Part shown: positions 1-9,005 of the stretch, one piece after another
How the letters are laid out: each line of letters begins with the position of its first letter
Numbering within the stretch: the stretch's first letter is position 1
Virus record (IMG/VR): IMGVR_UViG_2848385391_000003
Source of the DNA: a virus
Taxonomy: Duplodnaviria; Caudoviricetes
DNA: 64,000 nt
Reading direction: 5' to 3' (one strand)
Notes under the pieces: generated by a model
What the model saw: only the letters and a program-made list of their open reading frames with translations
Told to the model about the DNA's origin: nothing
Databases searched by the model: none
Translations under genes and position numbers: made by a program

Positions 1-204
1 TCATACGTCATTCCATTGTTCGTCCGTCAGCTCGGAGCGTGGATCAACATAGCCGTCCACACGGCAGCGCTGTTGGGGCAGCAAAATCGATGCAGGGGCG
101 CGGGGCCGCACCTCCGCGCAGCGCGGACAATCAACCCCGTACTTCGCACGCCGCGCATTCCTGTCATCCCTCATCGCTCTGAAATCTTCACCCATATCAC
201 CCAT
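1..204 (-). CDS. Phage hypothetical protein (Cys-containing)
   Basis: 67 aa, identical protein at 43888..44091; stop-start overlap with the upstream gene. Confidence 0.7.
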   Translation of the reverse strand: MGDMGEDFRAMRDDRNARRAKYGVDCPRCAEVRPRAPASILLPQQRCRVDGYVDPRSELTDEQWNDV

Positions 205-526
205 GTGACCTCTCCGTCTGGTTCGTTGAATCTACGCTTTTATTTTTTGGATAAATACTAAAATGGGTTATCCGTTTTTTATAAACTCCAAAAACACCTA
301 GACTTAAACCATCCTCTTTAAACACTTCAATAACCATTTCACCCTTTCCACTATCCGCCCACCAAAAACTCTCCGAATCAATATGCTCCGCTGCTGCTCG
401 CACTAAATCTTCAACCTCATCTTCATCTAGCTTCGATTCAAAACCATATCCATCTTCAAATCGTTCGCCATAGTTCAGCACCGCATATCTATAACGCTTT
501 GCACTTTCTTGGCTCTTCATGATCAC
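197..526 (-). CDS. Phage hypothetical protein
   Basis: Acidic 109-aa ORF, near-identical copy at 44084..44410, paralog at 43542..43844. Confidence 0.75.
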   Translation of the reverse strand: MIMKSQESAKRYRYAVLNYGERFEDGYGFESKLDEDEVEDLVRAAAEHIDSESFWWADSGKGEMVIEVFKEDGLSLGVFGVYKKRITHFSIYPKNKSVDSTNQTERSHG

Positions 527-537
527 TTTTCTTTAAA

Positions 538-1881
538 TTAATTTTGGTAAACGCTAAACATCATCAGCGCAATCACTATCGTGAGCGCTCCCCCCATACG
601 CGTCGCCAACTGCGCAAACGGCATCAGGTGCATCCGATGCGCTGAGGTCAAAATCGCCATGTCCCCCACGCTACCCATCCCGCTATGGCAAACATTGATA
701 ATGGCGCTTTCAATTGGATTTAATCCGGCCCAACGACCTACAATCAGACCCACCAGCGCCAACGTCAGCACCGTCACCACAATCGTGATTAAATAAACCG
801 GCGTTAAAACGCTAACCAGGGCTTGCCAGGGCGTCAGGGTTAACCCCATCCCAAACAAAATCGGATACGCGGCTGCTTGGGTAAAAAAGTGGTGCATCAG
901 ATACGCCCCTTCTTCCAGTCCGGATGAAAGCGTCACCGTGAGTTTGATCAGGACCGCCAAGCCCAGCATCACCAACGGCGCGGGCCAACCGGTCAATTGA
1001 TGTACCAAAACCCCCACCATATAGAGGCTCAAAGCCACCATCCCCACCGAGGCCAACGACTCCATCAAAGCGGCGGGTGTTGAATCGGTGGGCCGGCTTT
1101 TTAAATGCCCTGCGGACAGCTTTTGACCTAGTTGGCTCAGGTCCGAGTTAAGCTGCCCAAGTCGATGCAGCACCCCCGCACACGCTACCGCCGTCAGATT
1201 CCCCAGCACGATCGGCGGCATCACCTGCGCAAACAACTCGGGCTGGGACGTCTGTAAAATCGCCGCATAGCCTAGGGTCAACGGAATCGCCCCCTCACCC
1301 AGGCCACCGGCCATGATCGGAACCACAATGTAAAAAAATGTGTGGTGTGCGCTCAACCCCAGCGCCATCCCCGTCAGGGTACCCACGATTGTCGCTGCAA
1401 CAGAACCCGCAGCCAGTGGCACAAAGAGTTTCACGAAACCTTTAATCAAAAGACCTCGCTCCATACTCAAAATACCGCCCACCACCACCGCAGCCGTAAA
1501 CAGATACAGGATATTCGTGTTCTCCCAAAATGCCCTGATCGAGCTTTCCAGCTCCATCGGCATCAGTTCGCTATGCACCCAATACGACGGCAGCAGCACC
1601 GTCACCATCACGGGGCCGCCCAAGTACCGCAGAACCGGTATATGTTTGCCGATCTCTGCGCAGCTAAACCCTAATACCGCCACGACCGCCAACATCACCG
1701 AGAGTTCTCCGGGTACCTCACCTAACGCGATAAAGCTCAGAACGCATAGCCAAATCAGCCCAAACACCGGCAACGGAATCATCCCAATAGGCCTCCTCGC
1801 CTGCTTTTGCAAACTCACTCGGGTTTGTATTGAACTCAGCCAGCTTTGGCAGCGCTTGGCGTAATGTATGAAATTCTGCAT
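538..1881 (-). CDS. 2-hydroxycarboxylate transporter family (CitS/MaeN-like citrate/malate:cation symporter)
   Basis: Polytopic membrane protein with PIMAGGLGEGAIPL and SGMGSVGDMAIL..RMHLMPFAQLATRMGGA motifs; GGAGG RBS before ATG 1881. Confidence 0.9.
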   Translation of the reverse strand: MQNFIHYAKRCQSWLSSIQTRVSLQKQARRPIGMIPLPVFGLIWLCVLSFIALGEVPGELSVMLAVVAVLGFSCAEIGKHIPVLRYLGGPVMVTVLLPSYWVHSELMPMELESSIRAFWENTNILYLFTAAVVVGGILSMERGLLIKGFVKLFVPLAAGSVAATIVGTLTGMALGLSAHHTFFYIVVPIMAGGLGEGAIPLTLGYAAILQTSQPELFAQVMPPIVLGNLTAVACAGVLHRLGQLNSDLSQLGQKLSAGHLKSRPTDSTPAALMESLASVGMVALSLYMVGVLVHQLTGWPAPLVMLGLAVLIKLTVTLSSGLEEGAYLMHHFFTQAAAYPILFGMGLTLTPWQALVSVLTPVYLITIVVTVLTLALVGLIVGRWAGLNPIESAIINVCHSGMGSVGDMAILTSAHRMHLMPFAQLATRMGGALTIVIALMMFSVYQN

Positions 1882-1937
1882 TTCAACCTCCAATCAATGA
1901 CTGCTATCAACTTGTGTGAAGTAATCCGGGTGTAGGT

Positions 1938-2219
1938 TTATTTATCGTCTTCTCTTGATGACTCAGCGTCGAGGAGTTCTAAACCCTTGCCGCAATATTG
2001 ACAAAAAACCACTCGATTCTCTATTGGCCCGCCTTCAACGAACGACCAAAGTTCGCCGCATGAACTCCGCCATGTGTTTCGCTCGTTATCCTCACGTTGC
2101 CATTCACATGTTTCAAAACCTTCGTTTTTTAGCGCCAGGAGTAAATCTTGTTTCAGTCGCAATAAATCACTGACCGCCGTTTGCAAGGTCGCTTTGAAGT
2201 GATCCGTTGGGTGTGTCAT
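1938..2219 (-). CDS. Phage hypothetical protein with possible Zn ribbon
   Basis: C...SCG...FCQYCGK pattern; absent from P2. Confidence 0.6.
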   Translation of the reverse strand: MTHPTDHFKATLQTAVSDLLRLKQDLLLALKNEGFETCEWQREDNERNTWRSSCGELWSFVEGGPIENRVVFCQYCGKGLELLDAESSREDDK

Positions 2220-2302
2220 GGCATAAGTCCTATAAGGGTCTTTTGAAAATGTCCCGGCTTTTAACCTTCTCAGGCACGGCCGCCGGGCAGCCTCTGGGGA
2301 AA

Positions 2303-2800
2303 TTATTTAATCTGCAACGACTGACCGCTAACGCTACGGGCGCCAGGTACACTCAAACCCTCTTTGAGCGCTTGCGCAATTCGTTTCTTATCCGGACGGC
2401 TCTCAGGGGTCGGGGTGACCCAATAATCCCTCGGTAATGCTTTTTCGTCATCAATCACAACTGCGGCTGGGTTCTTTCTGACAGATACGGTAAAGTAAGG
2501 CATCTCTATTTTTAGCCGGCCTGCATGGATAAGGCTGTCTTTCAAATATTCGCTTAACCATTCTCGGCGGCTGGTAAAACGTTGAGCGCGCTCTTGAATA
2601 CGCTTAGCCTCTGTACTGGCTCTTTCTTCATGACTCTTTAGCTCCCGTATCAGCTTGGCAAGGTTTTCAGCTTTCGTATCCAGCCCACCCGCTATCGATT
2701 CGAGCGTGTCTGAAAGCGTTTGCTCATCCAGATCAAGGTCCGTTAATTTGTCTGCCGCTTCCCGATATTCAGCAGCAAGGATGTAAAGTGACGTTTTCAT
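2303..2800 (-). CDS. Siphovirus Gp157-like protein
   Basis: MKTSLYILAAEY start, coiled coil, C-terminal PDKKRIAQALKEG.SVPGA; lies next to SSB and ATPase genes. Confidence 0.8.
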   Translation of the reverse strand: MKTSLYILAAEYREAADKLTDLDLDEQTLSDTLESIAGGLDTKAENLAKLIRELKSHEERASTEAKRIQERAQRFTSRREWLSEYLKDSLIHAGRLKIEMPYFTVSVRKNPAAVVIDDEKALPRDYWVTPTPESRPDKKRIAQALKEGLSVPGARSVSGQSLQIK

Positions 2801-2807
2801 ATTGACC

Positions 2808-3449
2808 TCAGAAAGGAATGTCGTCGTCCATATCGTCAAACTGATGGCTAGAACTCTTCGCCACAACATACGGCGCATTGCCTGACGATGGAGGACTTAA
2901 ATGCTTTAGCGGTCGGTGCTTCAGCTTTCGAACTATTTTCGCAAGCTGCTCAGGCTGCCCTTTCTGATCCAGTATCTCCGACGCCATCAAGTCACTTTTC
3001 GCATCAAAAAAACCTACGGGCGCTACCTTTATGCCGATGCTGCCATCCTTTTTTTCATACTCTTCCGTGTCCAATAGCACACCGATTTTCTGATCCGTCA
3101 ACTCCGCAAAAACCTGAGCAGGGCTTGAGATCATCGACTGGCTTGACTCGTCCCATTTTTTCGCCGAGCCAGGAATCGCTTTTATATTTTTCAAGCGCAA
3201 ACACACCATTAGCGCATTCAGATGTTGATAGCCGTACAGTTCCTTGCTCTGTGCATCCAGTATCCACAGCGTAAAACTTCCCTTTTGCCTCTCCTGAGTT
3301 TCAAAGGTGAATTTAATTCCTTGTGATCCTTTTTTGCTGCTGGTCACGTGCTCGGCACAAATAAAGGTCCCAATATATTTGCCAGGTTCATTAATCCACG
3401 AACTCAATTGCTCGGCTTGTCGTGCTGCATTCGTATTTAATTGATACAT
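2808..3449 (-). CDS. Phage ssDNA-binding-like protein
   Basis: Acidic C-terminus DDMDDDIPF; follows the recombination ATPase; homolog at 47321..47938. Confidence 0.7.
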   Translation of the reverse strand: MYQLNTNAARQAEQLSSWINEPGKYIGTFICAEHVTSSKKGSQGIKFTFETQERQKGSFTLWILDAQSKELYGYQHLNALMVCLRLKNIKAIPGSAKKWDESSQSMISSPAQVFAELTDQKIGVLLDTEEYEKKDGSIGIKVAPVGFFDAKSDLMASEILDQKGQPEQLAKIVRKLKHRPLKHLSPPSSGNAPYVVAKSSSHQFDDMDDDIPF

Positions 3450-4117
3450 CGTGTTTCCTTCGGTTGAGTCTGAGGGTTCAGTGCGTAAAATTCCGTAATC
3501 GCCGCGTCAATCATCGAAAGATCGTTTTCGATCAAATCGCTGCTAAAGAGATCAATCGGGGCTTTGACCGTATCGGAACCGTTATTTCGGGTGGCGAAAC
3601 AGTACGTTCCATCTCGTACTACGGTGCGCAAACAAATCGTTACTAGGCCATCGAGCGAGACTTTTTCATCCAGTAATTTGCCAATCGTCTTGAAGCGCAC
3701 AATCCCATCTTCGGTTTGCTGCGTATGACCAAAGATGTAGACGCGCACGTCAGGGGCTAGATGAGCCGCTGTGGTGAAAATCGAATAAATATCGTTCGCC
3801 ATCTCCGTAAATTTGTCATACCCTTTTTCATGCGCGCGCCTTAAAAATGCGTTTGACATCACATAGTTCGAGTCATCTATACAAATCACTTTGCGCCGAG
3901 TTTTACGCATTACGGTACAAATCTCTGCCGGAATATCGCTCACAAAAATATTGCCGCCTGGATTGTTCTCTTTGTCGTAATAGCCCCACCCTGTCGAGCG
4001 GAACGGCAATGGTTTCTTGACCGCTTGAATTAACAATGTGCTAGCCGAATCAAGCTTACGCAGCGAACTCGACTTGCCCGTACCAGGCTGACCTAAAATT
4101 AGGCAGGGAATACTCAT
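3437..4117 (-). CDS. Sak4-like (AAA_24-type) phage recombination ATPase
   Basis: Walker A GQPGTGKS at the N-terminus, Walker B ICIDD, recombination-module position. Confidence 0.8.
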   Translation of the reverse strand: MSIPCLILGQPGTGKSSSLRKLDSASTLLIQAVKKPLPFRSTGWGYYDKENNPGGNIFVSDIPAEICTVMRKTRRKVICIDDSNYVMSNAFLRRAHEKGYDKFTEMANDIYSIFTTAAHLAPDVRVYIFGHTQQTEDGIVRFKTIGKLLDEKVSLDGLVTICLRTVVRDGTYCFATRNNGSDTVKAPIDLFSSDLIENDLSMIDAAITEFYALNPQTQPKETRCIN

Positions 4118-4353
4118 GTCTTAATCCTTCAAATAATGAATACTGCTCTTCAAGCTGTTCTTGCCATTGTTGAAAAGGGTCACCGTCTTCCATCTTGATT
4201 TCCTCTATCAAGCATTGAAACAATGCGCTGCAAACAGGATGAAAAAAGCGATGAGCGTGCACCCAACGATCACACGCTTCGGATTGCGTTGAGCGTATTG
4301 CTCAAGTCTCTTCATCCAGCCCTTAAACCGACTCGCGCATCGATCAACCATGG

Positions 4354-4500
4354 CTATCTCCAATGGGTTAAGATGAAAAACATGCTTAACAAGCAGGCGA
4401 TCATCGAGATAAATACGGCGCTGGCTTTGATAAAAGCCTCAATCCGATCCGCTCGTAACGCGGCGCGTAGCAACGCGTTGTCGTTTTCAAGGCGTGTCAT
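4354..4500 (-). CDS. Small single-TM phage protein (48 aa, not in ORF track)
   Basis: MTRLENDNALLRAALRADRIEAFIKASAVFISMIACLLSMFFILTHWR; ATGA overlap with the upstream gene; homolog at 49535..49687. Confidence 0.6.
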   Translation of the reverse strand: MTRLENDNALLRAALRADRIEAFIKASAVFISMIACLLSMFFILTHWR

Positions 4501-5426
4501 GCGGAAAACTCTGGTAAAGAGCTATTGGCCTGCAAGTGCCGTTGCGCGAATTCGATCAAATGTCGATAGTCTTGAGTCGTATCCGAATCACCATGTTGTT
4601 CAACGACTCTTTGCAGGAACGCTTCGGAGGGGCCGCAAAAGGTTTCGTGCTTCACCTCAATCTCACCGCTACGCGCGCGATAAATGGTCAAAGCTATGCC
4701 ACGGAAATGAGAAAAATCAATAAAATCCTGATCGCTCGACACTCTCGCATTGCCGGATAAGTGCGTACGGCCTGACACCTCTGCCTTACCGAATACTTGG
4801 GCTTCACCAGATACACAAGCGTGGCCCGATATGTGCGCACTGCCTACTATCTGAGCACGGCCCAATACTTGCCCTTCTCCTGATACACAGGCGTAGCCCA
4901 ATACCCACGCTTTGCCCAATACGTGCGCTCGCTCTAATATCCGTGCATCCTCGGATACCCTGGCTTGCTCCAATACACGGGCCTTACCTGATACACGAGC
5001 CTCACCTGATACACAGGCATGGCCCGAGACTTGCCCTTCTCCTGATACACAGGCATATCCCAATACTTGGGCGTTGCCTGATACACGAACCTCACCTGAT
5101 ACACAGGCATGGCCCGAGACTTGCCCTTCTCCTGATACACAGGCGTAGCCCAATACTTGGGCGTTGCCTGATACGCGGGCCTTGTCCCATATTTGCGCGT
5201 CATCATCAACTTGGGCGTTTTCTAATACCCACGCATCCCCGTATACCCAGTAAGAACCTGAGTGACTTAAGTTGGCTTCTCGCTCTATATATCCGCCAAG
5301 ATCGCCTGCCTTGACCTCGTCAAAGTCCCGCAAGGCTCGGATTCGGAAGAGCTTATGGCCTGATTCCTCGATAAAATCATCAAGGGCTAATTCGTATTTC
5401 TTTGGCTCTAGAAATGTTTCTGACAT
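4497..5426 (-). CDS. Phage hexapeptide-repeat (left-handed beta-helix-like) protein
   Basis: N-terminal LFRIRALRDF..VKAGDLGGYIE, then many V(S/L)GxAx hexapeptide units. Confidence 0.8.
   Translation of the reverse strand: MSETFLEPKKYELALDDFIEESGHKLFRIRALRDFDEVKAGDLGGYIEREANLSHSGSYWVYGDAWVLENAQVDDDAQIWDKARVSGNAQVLGYACVSGEGQVSGHACVSGEVRVSGNAQVLGYACVSGEGQVSGHACVSGEARVSGKARVLEQARVSEDARILERAHVLGKAWVLGYACVSGEGQVLGRAQIVGSAHISGHACVSGEAQVFGKAEVSGRTHLSGNARVSSDQDFIDFSHFRGIALTIYRARSGEIEVKHETFCGPSEAFLQRVVEQHGDSDTTQDYRHLIEFAQRHLQANSSLPEFSA
4790..5180. repeat. 18-bp coding repeats with a 90-bp higher-order duplication
   Basis: cctgatacac recurs at multiples of 18 bp; gcgttgcctg at 5071 and 5161 marks the 90-bp period. 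Confidence 0.85.
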
Positions 5427-5474
5427 AACGTTCTCCTTTACGAAGGTTGGAATCGATGGCGTTTTTGTATGGCT

Positions 5475-5786
5475 TTAGCTTTCATACACAGGCAGATATC
5501 GTGCGTATTCTGTCGCTCTTTGCAGGGCCTCATCTGTCTGCGCTTGCAAAAGGCGATCATAAGTTTCAGCAAACAAAAAGGTGGTGCGTCCCTGGGCCGC
5601 ATCGCGCAGCGCTTGCTTTTTAATCGAGTCGGGTAACTTCACCATCGCTTCGAGCAAATCTTCGAAAGTCATGTTTTCTTCTACTTCGTCAGTAAGCGAG
5701 CAGTAAGCCTCATCGGCAGCTTCTGACCGAGCCTGCAACCAGTCGTAGTGTGCTTCGAACTTCTGCATCAGTTGGTTTGAACTCAT
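5475..5786 (-). CDS. Phage hypothetical protein
   Basis: GGAG RBS before MSSNQLM; homolog at 49684..49992. Confidence 0.7.
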   Translation of the reverse strand: MSSNQLMQKFEAHYDWLQARSEAADEAYCSLTDEVEENMTFEDLLEAMVKLPDSIKKQALRDAAQGRTTFLFAETYDRLLQAQTDEALQRATEYARYLPVYES

Positions 5787-5888
5787 ATCAAACTCCATGG
5801 GTAGAATTCGCCCTCGTTTGCAGCTTTTCTGGTATCACCATCACAAAGAAAATCTTGTGCTAGAATTTGGACACAGGAGATATTTACT

Positions 5889-6287
5889 ATGGGTGCAGTT
5901 GCATTCGATACATTGCAGTTTGTTGAGACGCTTAAAGATGCTGGCGTGCCAGAGGCACAGGCGAAAGCTTTTTCTATTGCCGTAAGAAATTCACACGAGA
6001 CAGCAGAATTAGCAACCAAAGCTGATCTTCGAGAATATGAATCTGCTATAAGAAATGATTTAGATAAACTCGAGACAGGCTTGCGCCATGAAGTTATAGG
6101 CGTGCGCCATGAAATAAATGATTTACGCAAAGACATGGATACCAAGTTCGTCACCTTAGAACAGCGTATGGATAACAAACTGGCTAATATGAAGTTTGAG
6201 ATTGTCAAATGGATGATTGGGCTTGCTTTCGCGCAAACTGGACTTGTCTTTGGCCTCATGAAAATTTTTCCATTAATGGCTTCGTAA
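5889..6287 (+). CDS. DUF1640/CCDC90-like coiled-coil protein with C-terminal TM (inverted moron)
   Basis: FDTLQFVETLKDAGVPEAQAKA..LATKADL, heptad repeats, hydrophobic tail; AGGAG RBS and TGcTAGAAT extended -10-like site upstream. Confidence 0.85.
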   Translation: MGAVAFDTLQFVETLKDAGVPEAQAKAFSIAVRNSHETAELATKADLREYESAIRNDLDKLETGLRHEVIGVRHEINDLRKDMDTKFVTLEQRMDNKLANMKFEIVKWMIGLAFAQTGLVFGLMKIFPLMAS

Positions 6288-6288
6288 T

Positions 6289-7119
6289 TCATGCTGTCGC
6301 TCCTTGAGCAAACTGCTTCTGAATCCACGTCAAACCTTTTCCAGTGATCAGAGTTCGTGCATAGATATGGTTTTCGCCTCTCGGGTCTTCATACTGCCGC
6401 TCAATCACGCGAAAGCGCCCAGCTTCAATCTGTTCTTGATACGGTAAATTGTTCGGCATCAATAAACGGCGCTCGCGCAACCAGGAAAAAAGTCTGTTAG
6501 GTCCTGTGCCGATTGCCTTAGCCACTTCTTGCACGGTTTGAGCATTGATTGCTTTTCCAACATGATCATAAAAATCTGCTTTAGGTTTTAATTCTTCCAC
6601 CTGGCTTCGCAGCGCCCCGACTTCTTCGGTATACATCAGTAGTGCTGTGCGTAGCTGTTTTGGATCACTAAGCAAACTTTGCAAATCTATTGCAGGCGAA
6701 TGAGTGCGGCGCTCACATTCAATGAAATACTGTCTGGCTTGCTTGCCTTTTTCGTTGCGCTCAACCATCGACAATTCTTTCGCCATTTCTAAGGTCAGGT
6801 GATATTCCTTTCGATATTTGGTGCCGCTGAATAGCTGCTCCCCAATTTGGGTGAGCAGGTAATCTTGGTTGTCAACAAAGCCATATTGCACAATGCGGCC
6901 CTTAATCCACGTAGAAAAATCTTTTCTGATGCCTAAAAATGCGTACAAGTCACGCGCATTAACTGTCGGCACATAAGCGCCTTTAAGTTCGCTAGGCTTA
7001 ATATCCATCAGCATGTCTATTTGACTTTCTGTTCTGTTCTTTTGATGAGAATTAACGTCAGGACTACTCGAAGCTCCTGCAGCAGTGAAACGAACGTTAG
7101 TATCGAATGTTTGGCCCAT
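6289..7119 (-). CDS. Phage antirepressor (AntA/AntB plus KilAC-like domain)
   Basis: VNARDLYAFLG..FSTWIK, MAKELSMVERNEKGKQARQYFIECE, PKADFYD, TLITGKGLTWI. Confidence 0.9.
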   Translation of the reverse strand: MGQTFDTNVRFTAAGASSSPDVNSHQKNRTESQIDMLMDIKPSELKGAYVPTVNARDLYAFLGIRKDFSTWIKGRIVQYGFVDNQDYLLTQIGEQLFSGTKYRKEYHLTLEMAKELSMVERNEKGKQARQYFIECERRTHSPAIDLQSLLSDPKQLRTALLMYTEEVGALRSQVEELKPKADFYDHVGKAINAQTVQEVAKAIGTGPNRLFSWLRERRLLMPNNLPYQEQIEAGRFRVIERQYEDPRGENHIYARTLITGKGLTWIQKQFAQGATA

Positions 7120-7147
7120 TTGTCTGTCCGTAAAGGTGACGATGAGT

Positions 7148-7190
7148 AAATTTTAGCTAAGCTAAATTATTTGTCAATAGCTAAGCTAAA
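7148..7190 (-). promoter_or_regulatory. P1 leftward promoter/operators (PL/OL-like)
   Basis: Minus-strand TTGACA (7177-7172) and TAAAAT; palindrome TTTAGCTAAGCTAAA at 7152-7166 and a variant at 7176-7190. Confidence 0.8.
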
Positions 7191-7606
7191 CATTTTAGCA
7201 AAGTTGTTTGCTATCCGAAATAAAATTCGATAAAGACTGCCGAGGAAGACTGAGTACAGTAAAAATACAGGTTCTATGCTGAAGTAGTTTTTCGAGCACC
7301 AGCCATAGCTCCGACAAGTAAACTCTACTTGAATTTCTACTTTGAAACCCCTGCTTTCACGCCTGATACCGCGCCCTGATGGATGACGAAAGTATCGATA
7401 TATACGTCTTAAGATTTAAGGTATTGTAGGAGTATGGTAATGGGCTTGGCTTACATTGGCGATGCGCCAACTTTGCCTTATAGTTCTTAATTTACTACTT
7501 TATTCCTCAATAAATTTGTTGGCTTAAACCGCGGTCTCCATGCGATGGGAAAGAATTTATAGATGAAGAAGCGGTGAAAAGGACGTTAAGCAAGCTCAAT
7601 TTATTG

Positions 7607-8287
7607 TCACAACCTATTGTCGTTCCAGACAGCACGCCCCACAATCATCGTACGGTCATCTGGCGGCAATACCTTGTCAGGATGCACAGCCTTGTCTGAA
7701 TTGTCACTGCGCATGATCCATGTCTGCGCACCAATGTTTGGATGGTAGTCCCAGATCAAACGCTTCAGCACCAAACCTCCGTCCGGCGTACAGATTGCGT
7801 ACACCTTTCCATCTTTTGGCGTAATGTCAGCGATATTGATTAGTACCAAGCCTCCATCCTGAATAGTCGGCCACATACTGCCACCAGCAGCATAGATGAT
7901 ACGCGCCGCTGCTTCTGATACACCCAAATCACGCAATGTTGACCTTTCAATGGCTAACCTACCTTTTAACACTACTTGATCGACGAAGCGCCCTTCTCCA
8001 CAAGCAGCTGCAATATCCAAATGTGGAATAAGAGCAAACTCATCGTCTGTCGCAACGCCGACATCCTCTTTCAAGCTTCGCGGAAAGGACACTTTGCCAT
8101 CCATCCAGCCAAGAGCAAGACCAAGTGTCATTTCAATATGGCGAGCACCCGCATCACCAATCATCCTGTGACCACTTAACCACTGATGAATTTGAGACGG
8201 CGACCTCTTGAGAGCACGCGCCATCGCGGCTTGGCTCCCACCAAACCGACTTTTAAGAAGTTCTTGGAGAATAATTTTTCTGTCCAT
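7607..8287 (-). CDS. CI-like repressor, HTH plus S24 peptidase
   Basis: HTH SQAAMARALKRSPSQIHQWLSG; AACG candidate cleavage site; GGSM serine and LKRL lysine; divergent from cro. Confidence 0.9.
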   Translation of the reverse strand: MDRKIILQELLKSRFGGSQAAMARALKRSPSQIHQWLSGHRMIGDAGARHIEMTLGLALGWMDGKVSFPRSLKEDVGVATDDEFALIPHLDIAAACGEGRFVDQVVLKGRLAIERSTLRDLGVSEAAARIIYAAGGSMWPTIQDGGLVLINIADITPKDGKVYAICTPDGGLVLKRLIWDYHPNIGAQTWIMRSDNSDKAVHPDKVLPPDDRTMIVGRAVWNDNRL

Positions 8288-8298
8288 GCTACATATAT

Positions 8299-8356
8299 TA
8301 AGCATTGCTATAGATAGCTTGGCTATTGACAAATTATTTAGCTCAGCTAAAATTTA
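8299..8356 (+). promoter_or_regulatory. P1 rightward promoter/operators (PR/OR-like)
   Basis: TTGACA 8326-8331, TAAAAT 8348-8353, palindrome TTTAGCTCAGCTAAA; almost identical to the PL element. Confidence 0.8.
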
Positions 8357-8382
8357 TTCATTTCCCATATTAAAATTAAGCG

Positions 8383-8604
8383 ATGAACTTAAAGGACTAC
8401 CTTGGCACTCGTGGCAGACAAGCCGCTCTCGCCTCTGCTACAGGGCTAGCCGCAGCATATATCTGGCAAATCTCCAACGGTATCCGGCCAGCTCCTATCG
8501 AACATTGTGCTGCAATCGAGCGTGTAACCGATGGGGCGGTGACGCGTCGCGATCTTCGTCCTGACGACTGGATGCTGATCTGGCCTGAACTTGCGAACCA
8601 ATAA
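8383..8604 (+). CDS. Cro-like (YdaS-type) regulator
   Basis: 73-aa HTH with IERVTDGAVTRRDLRPD.W.LIWPEL motif. Confidence 0.85.
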   Translation: MNLKDYLGTRGRQAALASATGLAAAYIWQISNGIRPAPIEHCAAIERVTDGAVTRRDLRPDDWMLIWPELANQ

Positions 8605-8724
8605 CCAAACTCTAAACAGGTAACAACTTATCCACCGAAATTCAATCAGGAAGACATCTAAATGCACCTCAAAAAAACCACTATCGCATGAGCGGAGGAT
8701 TTTGCAATGCACAGCGAAAACATA

Positions 8725-8976
8725 TCAAACCGGTCGCCAAAACTTCTGTGGATCATTCGCAAACCAAAACTCTTCAAGCAGCTTGGATGTATGCCGAAAA
8801 AACTGCTCTTGAATGGCTTCCAAAGTTTTACCGTGAACAGGGAGCAAGACTTCTGCCGAGATTCTTTCCCGAACGCCAAATCTATGGCGCTCGAAAGCTG
8901 CTTTGGCGATGACACCTCCTCTATTACTTTGCGGCTCTAATACTAATGAGCCAAACTTAATTTCATTTTCAGTCAT
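8725..8976 (-). CDS. Inverted small hypothetical protein in the rightward early operon
   Basis: Protein conserved at 52712..52957 with an in-frame indel, while the plus-strand frames are not conserved. Confidence 0.6.
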   Translation of the reverse strand: MTENEIKFGSLVLEPQSNRGGVIAKAAFERHRFGVRERISAEVLLPVHGKTLEAIQEQFFRHTSKLLEEFWFANDPQKFWRPV

Positions 8977-9005
8977 ATGTACTTTTCTGATGAGTTGGTG
9001 ATGTT

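Noticed and set aside
7434-7490. 18-aa ORF with AGGAG upstream in the P1 ant-cI spacer
   Set aside because: Too short, no counterpart in P2 and no motif support
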